From NCBI GenBank assembly GCA_013816225.1, contig JACDEQ010000048.1, forward strand, positions 1-11,372: a stretch of 11,372 nucleotides of DNA, in the 5' to 3' direction. The translations under genes and the position numbers were made by a program. This document shows, piece by piece, positions 6,483 to 11,372 of this stretch. Origin of the DNA: Armatimonadota bacterium. GTDB lineage: Bacteria; Armatimonadota; Fimbriimonadia; Fimbriimonadales; ATM1. A model generated the notes under the pieces. It was not told the DNA's origin and ran no database searches. It was given only the letters and a program-made list of their open reading frames with translations. How positions within the stretch are numbered: position 1 is the stretch's first letter; each line of letters begins with the position of its first letter.

Positions 6483-8729
6483 ATGACAAAGAGAACCCTA
6501 GTGGCCCTTGCCGGTTTCGTCGGGCTATCCTTATTGGCGTCCGTGGCACACGCGGACCAGATCTGGCAGGTCAAAAACGGTACCACGTCGATGACCCTTT
6601 ACCGCCAGATCATTCGCGACATAGGACTCAAACTCGAGATCCGAGAAACCGCTTTACCTCGAACAGATATGGAAGAGGCTGTCGGCTTCAAGGTCACGGG
6701 CGCCAGCGATTTGAAGTTCTTCACCAAGAACGGCATGTACCGCTACTGGACCGAAGGTCGCGTCACAAGCGAGGGCGGATTCACTCTTAAGAGTGCAAAA
6801 GGTTCTCTCAGGGTCGACGACTTCGCGATCATATACCGAAATACCGGCCTGTCGGACAACATGTTCGTTCTGAACGGCGCCACGGACAGCAGCCCGGTTG
6901 CATTCGATCTTTCCCATATCAAGGTCAACTTCGACCGGAAGACCAAGACGCTACGTTTCGGCTACGCCGACATGATCCTCACCAATAAGGCCGCCAATAG
7001 GCTCGGCAGGCCGGACCTTGCCGGCCAAATCATTGGCATGGCAACGGTTTCCGCCCGGGCTGCTTTCGTTAGCGGTGACGTGAAGGATCCCGATCTCGAG
7101 CCCAGTGGTGGCGCCGACGGGGATATGAATGGCAATGTGAAGTTGCACCTTCTCGGCGACTGCACGAGCTACGGCCGGGTCGGTACGTTCCCCAATGGAA
7201 TCAGTGGCCTGGGCATTTCCACGACTTCCTGCAACGTAACCGATATCCCCGGCGACGTCGTCGACTGGTATGCGCAGATGGACGAGCGGCACCCGGTGAT
7301 AGCTCAAAACTTCTACCGTATCCATTCGATCAATGGCGGAACCCGCTTCGAGCAGATCGGCGTCGGCTGGGTTAAGCACGGCTTCCTTTCGACCAACTCG
7401 AATGGCTGTATCGGTCCGAATGGCGAAAACTGCGTAACTCCGCCTAACGGCGGTAACGAACTAGGCGTTTTCTGTTCGGATACTTACGGATCTGGACTCA
7501 ACGCAAGCCGAGATTGGCTCGGCCCGCGCGACGAAATCAACGCGTTCGCAGGCACCTGGGAGTGCACGGGCAGCTACTTCTCGAACTATCAGAACGACTG
7601 TGTCGAGCGCTTCAACACTAACGGTCTGGGCCCGGTGGACCACCGGCTGCAGGTACATGACCAAGACCTGACGGCGCCGAACTCGCAGTTCTTCTATGAA
7701 GCCTACTACGTGTCCAGGGACGACGTAGATCGCTATAATAGCGCAGCGTTTCGCCCATGCACGGTCAACTTCCAGGGCGGCGATTGGCACTTCCAGCCGA
7801 CCCAAGCGCAGACGAATGGCGTAGTTGCCGACCACTGGGGCGATATTCAGCCGGCTCCCAGGGCGCAACCGGCCGACGAAGGTGATATCCTCGTCGCCGT
7901 TCAGGTGAACGATCTTGGCGGCGGCAAGTGGCACTACGACTATGCGGTGTATAACCATACATCGTATCGTGAGATGCGCCAGTTCACGATTCCCTTGCCG
8001 GATGGCTTGACACTCGAGAACGTCGAGTTCCGAGACATCGACAAAGACGACACCAACGAGTGGACGTGGAACTACGGAAACTCCGCGTTGACGTGGAAGA
8101 CGAGCACGTACGCTCAGAGCCCAGATGCGAACTCGCTCAAGTGGAATAGCGTCTTCAACTTCCGATTCGACGCGAATTCGCCTCCGGCCGTCAACGGATC
8201 CACGGCTACCCTCGGCCTGTTCAGACCGGGCGTCCTTCAGATGCTCGCGGCGGAGACCCGAGGGCCGAGAAGCCCGTTCACGAATCCCACGGTCCTAAAT
8301 GTGGAGCGCGGTGACCAAGTGGCGGGTGGGCTGGCCGACCTCTTCAACAGCGACGATTCGAAGTTGGGCTTGCATCCCGGAATAGTCTTCGGCACGTTTC
8401 AAGCGCCGATTCGAGTCGTTCTAGAGGGCACGAGCGCCCAAGGCCCGACAACCCTCAAGTTCCGCGTAGAGTCGGCTGCCAGTTCGCCCAGTGTGAGTCA
8501 GAAGATTGAGCTCTTCAACTTCACGTTAGGCAGCTATGTGCCGTTGAGCACGACCAACTTGACGACGTCGGATGGTGTTGTCGAAGTCGCGGCCCCGAAT
8601 CCTGCGCAGTTCGTGCAAGCGGTTACCGGCAAGGTTCGAGCCCGGCTCGAGTTTAAGCTGACCGGTCCGGTGTTCGTGTTCCCGTGGAGCGTGGACATCG
8701 ACCAAGCGGTCTGGAGAATCCTCCCGTAG
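6483..8729 (+). CDS. secreted Cys-containing protein of unknown family (748 aa) with a ~140-aa C-terminal module shared with the next gene
   Basis: Strong SD. N-terminal signal peptide MTKRTLVALAGFVGLSLLASVAHA/DQ. Long uninterrupted ORF with several spaced Cys (CTSYG...CNVT; NGCIGPNGENCVTPP...FCSDTYG; WECTGSYFSNYQNDCVERF), consistent with extracellular disulfides. No motif I can assign to a known family. Confidence 0.7.
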   Translation: MTKRTLVALAGFVGLSLLASVAHADQIWQVKNGTTSMTLYRQIIRDIGLKLEIRETALPRTDMEEAVGFKVTGASDLKFFTKNGMYRYWTEGRVTSEGGFTLKSAKGSLRVDDFAIIYRNTGLSDNMFVLNGATDSSPVAFDLSHIKVNFDRKTKTLRFGYADMILTNKAANRLGRPDLAGQIIGMATVSARAAFVSGDVKDPDLEPSGGADGDMNGNVKLHLLGDCTSYGRVGTFPNGISGLGISTTSCNVTDIPGDVVDWYAQMDERHPVIAQNFYRIHSINGGTRFEQIGVGWVKHGFLSTNSNGCIGPNGENCVTPPNGGNELGVFCSDTYGSGLNASRDWLGPRDEINAFAGTWECTGSYFSNYQNDCVERFNTNGLGPVDHRLQVHDQDLTAPNSQFFYEAYYVSRDDVDRYNSAAFRPCTVNFQGGDWHFQPTQAQTNGVVADHWGDIQPAPRAQPADEGDILVAVQVNDLGGGKWHYDYAVYNHTSYREMRQFTIPLPDGLTLENVEFRDIDKDDTNEWTWNYGNSALTWKTSTYAQSPDANSLKWNSVFNFRFDANSPPAVNGSTATLGLFRPGVLQMLAAETRGPRSPFTNPTVLNVERGDQVAGGLADLFNSDDSKLGLHPGIVFGTFQAPIRVVLEGTSAQGPTTLKFRVESAASSPSVSQKIELFNFTLGSYVPLSTTNLTTSDGVVEVAAPNPAQFVQAVTGKVRARLEFKLTGPVFVFPWSVDIDQAVWRILP

Positions 8730-8754
8730 AGAGCGTCTCGTTGACCACGGATAA

Positions 8755-8781
8755 GCGCGGCCTTTCGGGCCGCGCTTTTTT
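8755..8781 (+). terminator. rho-independent terminator
   Basis: GCGCGGCC (8755-8762), loop TTTCG, GGCCGCGC (8768-8775): perfect 8-bp GC stem followed by TTTTTT (8776-8781), 26 nt after the stop of the 748-aa ORF. Confidence 0.85.
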
Positions 8782-8804
8782 CGTCCGAGTACGATCGTTT
8801 GCGG

Positions 8805-8834
8805 GTGCACGGGCGCCAAGCTTCTGCGTAGAAT
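8805..8834 (+). promoter_or_regulatory. candidate sigma70-type promoter (-10 TAGAAT at 8829-8834, weak -35 GTGCAC at 8805-8810, 18-nt spacer)
   Basis: Good -10 hexamer in the 178-bp intergenic region downstream of the terminator. The -35 is poor. Located ~75 nt upstream of the preferred GTG start of the next gene. Confidence 0.3.
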
Positions 8835-8907
8835 GAGTATGCAACTAGAGTTGGGTCCGAGGTGCGGCCCCACCCCCTTTGATCGAAAAAGTGAGGAATC
8901 GTTAAAA

Positions 8908-10590
8908 GTGAATACTTCGAAGCTTTTGCCCGCCGCCTTAGGCGCGGCGAGCCTGTTTACCGGCGCTTCGGCGCAAACCTTGGTCGACCCCGACTACTTC
9001 GTTGAAACTTACGCATCGGGCTTATCCGGAGCTGTGGGCATGGAGTTTCTTTCAGCGTCGACTGTCCTTGTCACGCAGAAGGATACTGGACAAGTGAGGG
9101 TCGTCGTGAACGGTGTGGTGGACGGAACACCCGCGCTTGATTTACCTGTCAATAACGCCAGCGAGCGCGGTCTCCTCGGCATTTGCAAGCACCCCGATTT
9201 CGCCAAAAATGGTTTCGTTTACCTTTACTGGAGCCGATCCACGACCGGCGGGGATACCGGGGTCAGTGCAAACTGGAGCGACAACCGGGTCGAGCGGTAC
9301 GTTTACAACAGCGGAACGCTCTCACTCGACTCCCTGATCGCCATTTTCTCGAAAGATCCGGCACAAAATAACGGCCCGAATCATGATGGCGGAGTAATCA
9401 TGATCGGGCCCGATCAGAAGCTCTACATCATCACCGGTGACCTAAATAGGAACCGAGCCGAGCAGAACAATCAAGGCACACCGAACCTTTCCGCGAAGGT
9501 AGGCGGCGTACACCGGCTGAACCTCGACGGCACAATCCCAGGCGACAATCCGTTCGTGGGCTTAGGCAACACCGATTTCCACCCGTATTATGTGTATGGC
9601 GTGCGCAATTCGTACGGCATGAGCTGGGACCCTCTAACGAGCAAAATCTGGTTCACGGAGAATGGCCCCGGATCTTATGACGAAGTCAATCACGTCCCGA
9701 CCCCAGGTATGAACTCGGGCTGGAATGAACTCATGGGCCCGGATTCGAGAGATCCGCAAGGCGTGGGTGACCTCGTCATGTTCACTGGGGCCTACTATCG
9801 TGACCCAGAATTCAGCTGGCTTACACCCATTGCAGTCACCTCCATTGCTTGGTTGACTAGCAGCAAGTTCCACGGGACCGAGCGCACACATTGCGTCATA
9901 GGCGACGCAAACAACGGCTTCCTTTACCTGTTCCAAATGAACCTTGCCAGAGACGGATTCGTGCTCAGCGGCGGCGTAGCCGACAAGGTTGCCGATAGCA
10001 GCGCCGAGCGCGACCTGAATAAATGGGGCAGCGGCTTTGGCATCACCACCGACCTCGAAATCGGCCAAGATGGCTACCTGTACGGAACTAGCCTAACACT
10101 CGGTCGGATCTTTAGGATTCGGCCGGTTGTCGAAAGCGTCGTTCCAACGTCGTTCTCGCTCTTTCGTGGTGTCCTCATTTCGGGCAATCTGCAAAGCCTC
10201 AGTGCGAGCGACGACAACCGGCTGGTAACCCGGCCAGGGCCGGTCTTTACCAACGCTGAAGCCCCGATCCAGCTGATCCTAACGAGCACCTCGCCTTTTG
10301 TGGCGCCATCGGCTCTCTCATTCAAGATCGAGTCGAATTGCTCGGTGAGCAACATCACGCAGTCGGTAGCCCTTTATAACTTCAACACCATGTCGTACGA
10401 GACGCTGAACACGGGGACGGCAATGACATCTGACAGCACCATCACGATCAACGTTTCATCCGATGCCGCCAGGTTCATCGGACCCGATAACGAACTCCGC
10501 GCGAGAATCAGTTACAAAGCGCAAGGAACAACCTTCATCTATCCCTGGCATTCCCGGATCGACCACGTCCAGTGGACTCTGACCCGCTAG
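8908..10590 (+). CDS. secreted soluble glucose/sorbosone dehydrogenase-like (PQQ-dependent-type) beta-propeller protein with shared C-terminal module
   Basis: Preferred start is GTG 8908, preceded by GAGGA (8893-8897, ~10-nt spacer), giving signal peptide (M)NTSKLLPAALGAASLFTGASA/QT. Family motifs: DYFVETYASGL, PALDLPVNNASERGLLGICKHPDFAKNGFVYLYWS, later blades (NGPNHDGGVIMIGPDQKLYIITGD, WDPLTSKIWFTENGPGSYDEVN). The in-frame ATG at 8833 is an alternative start but has no SD and an atypical N-region. Confidence 0.7.
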   Translation: MNTSKLLPAALGAASLFTGASAQTLVDPDYFVETYASGLSGAVGMEFLSASTVLVTQKDTGQVRVVVNGVVDGTPALDLPVNNASERGLLGICKHPDFAKNGFVYLYWSRSTTGGDTGVSANWSDNRVERYVYNSGTLSLDSLIAIFSKDPAQNNGPNHDGGVIMIGPDQKLYIITGDLNRNRAEQNNQGTPNLSAKVGGVHRLNLDGTIPGDNPFVGLGNTDFHPYYVYGVRNSYGMSWDPLTSKIWFTENGPGSYDEVNHVPTPGMNSGWNELMGPDSRDPQGVGDLVMFTGAYYRDPEFSWLTPIAVTSIAWLTSSKFHGTERTHCVIGDANNGFLYLFQMNLARDGFVLSGGVADKVADSSAERDLNKWGSGFGITTDLEIGQDGYLYGTSLTLGRIFRIRPVVESVVPTSFSLFRGVLISGNLQSLSASDDNRLVTRPGPVFTNAEAPIQLILTSTSPFVAPSALSFKIESNCSVSNITQSVALYNFNTMSYETLNTGTAMTSDSTITINVSSDAARFIGPDNELRARISYKAQGTTFIYPWHSRIDHVQWTLTR

Positions 10591-10602
10591 ACCGGTCTCT
10601 AA

Positions 10603-10631
10603 GCTCCTCCCGCTCTAATGATGGGAGGAGC
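10603..10631. terminator. perfect 9-bp inverted repeat (GCTCCTCCC...GGGAGGAGC) between convergent genes; possible bidirectional terminator hairpin
   Basis: Stem 10603-10611 / 10623-10631 with an 11-nt loop. Lies 12 nt after the + strand stop and abuts the - strand stop. No U-tract on either side, so terminator function is uncertain. Confidence 0.4.
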
Positions 10632-11372
10632 CTAGTTAATGCGAACGGGCAGCGGGCCCGATGCGAGGGTCCACCCGAACGTGTCAATCGATATCCGACG
10701 TGGCTTGCCGGGCGTAGGGAACCAAAATTCCTGCTCTTTGCCGATCATCTCGACCGGAAACTTCTTCTCCCCTGCGTCGGTTTCGATGATCACAACTAAC
10801 CTCAGCCTGAACGGAGCCGCTGTGCCGGTCTGAGCAAGAGTGATCGTCGTCTCGTGGCCTTCGCGGGGAGCTTTCTCGGCAAAGGTGCGGACAAACGATA
10901 CTTCGGGGAAAATGCTCCCCCTTACCCACTGGGCGAAGAACCAGTCTAACTTGCGCTTAGAGGAGTTGGTAAAGCTCCGATCGATGTCGCTCCACTCGGT
11001 CATCCTTCCCTTACGCGACACCGCTAACTCGCGTAAGCACCGGTTCATCGTCTCCAGACCAAGCTCGTTCTCGAGCATTTTCATGACGTACGCCCCGCGG
11101 TAATAGCCGACGTTGCCATGAGGTCCATGCGCGAGGAGCGGGTCTTCCAGGGCAACCTTGGTGTTGCGGGTCGAGTAGCCCAGGTTCAAGCTCTGGTCTG
11201 AGTTGCTCTTGAACTGTGCGCTGTCGATATACTGCGTCAGGCTCTCATTCCAAATGCTGTGGATATAGCTGTTGGGAACCCAGCCTCCGAAGTACGTGTG
11301 CCCGACCTCGTGCGAGGTGGCCCAGCTGGTGATGCCCGGTGTCAGCAGTGTAAAGCTGTAGCATTCGATTCC
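10632..11372 (-). CDS. M1-family zinc aminopeptidase (gluzincin), C-terminal part; N-terminus lies beyond window end
   Basis: Reverse-strand translation from the window edge reads ...WATSHEVGHTYFGGWVPNSYIHSIWNESLTQY..., i.e. HEXXH followed 18 residues later by E (HEXXH-X18-E gluzincin zinc site, His codons at ~11312-11298, Glu at ~11246-11244). The frame is open to position 11372. The listed ORF start at 11189 is an internal Met. Stop TAG on minus at 10632-10634. Confidence 0.8.
   Translation of the reverse strand, partial: GIECYSFTLLTPGITSWATSHEVGHTYFGGWVPNSYIHSIWNESLTQYIDSAQFKSNSDQSLNLGYSTRNTKVALEDPLLAHGPHGNVGYYRGAYVMKMLENELGLETMNRCLRELAVSRKGRMTEWSDIDRSFTNSSKRKLDWFFAQWVRGSIFPEVSFVRTFAEKAPREGHETTITLAQTGTAAPFRLRLVVIIETDAGEKKFPVEMIGKEQEFWFPTPGKPRRISIDTFGWTLASGPLPVRIN

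Noticed and set aside
6951-7958. Two minus-strand ORFs (142 and 165 aa) inside the 748-aa gene
   Set aside because: Embedded antisense in a long, signal-peptide-bearing + strand ORF with a strong SD. No supporting start or RBS features.
10572-10833. Short + strand ORFs (75 and 64 aa) past the propeller stop
   Set aside because: Overlap the C-terminal end of the minus-strand M1 peptidase gene, which continues into clear HEXXH-X18-E motifs.
1-11372. Scan for CRISPR arrays, tRNA/rRNA, IS/transposase or integrase signatures
   Set aside because: No short regularly spaced direct repeats, no cloverleaf-like or rRNA-like non-coding stretches (intergenic space is under 200 bp everywhere), and no transposase/integrase-like translations in any frame.

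Overview
GC-rich bacterial chromosomal segment, almost entirely coding, with nine protein-coding genes and no rRNA, tRNA, CRISPR or obvious mobile element. Plus strand, close-packed and likely one operon: (1) 3'-truncated-at-window-edge E1 alpha (pdhA-like) and complete E1 beta (pdhB-like) of a TPP-dependent 2-oxo-acid (pyruvate-type) dehydrogenase; (2) ornithine aminotransferase (rocD-like), PLP lysine motif present; (3) a membrane-microdomain module: NfeD/YuaF-like membrane protein with C-terminal OB-fold, then two tandem flotillin (SPFH/band-7) paralogs. The first flotillin paralog is split by an in-frame TAA into an SPFH-domain ORF and a flotillin-C-terminal ORF; the second is intact. After a 111-bp gap, two secreted proteins on the plus strand: a 748-aa Cys-rich protein of unknown family, and a ~560-aa soluble glucose/sorbosone-dehydrogenase-like beta-propeller. 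Both end in the same ~140-residue C-terminal module, which I do not recognise and flag as a candidate novel sorting/anchoring domain. A clean rho-independent terminator separates the two. The window ends with a convergent, 5'-truncated M1-family zinc aminopeptidase (HEXXH-X18-E visible) on the minus strand.
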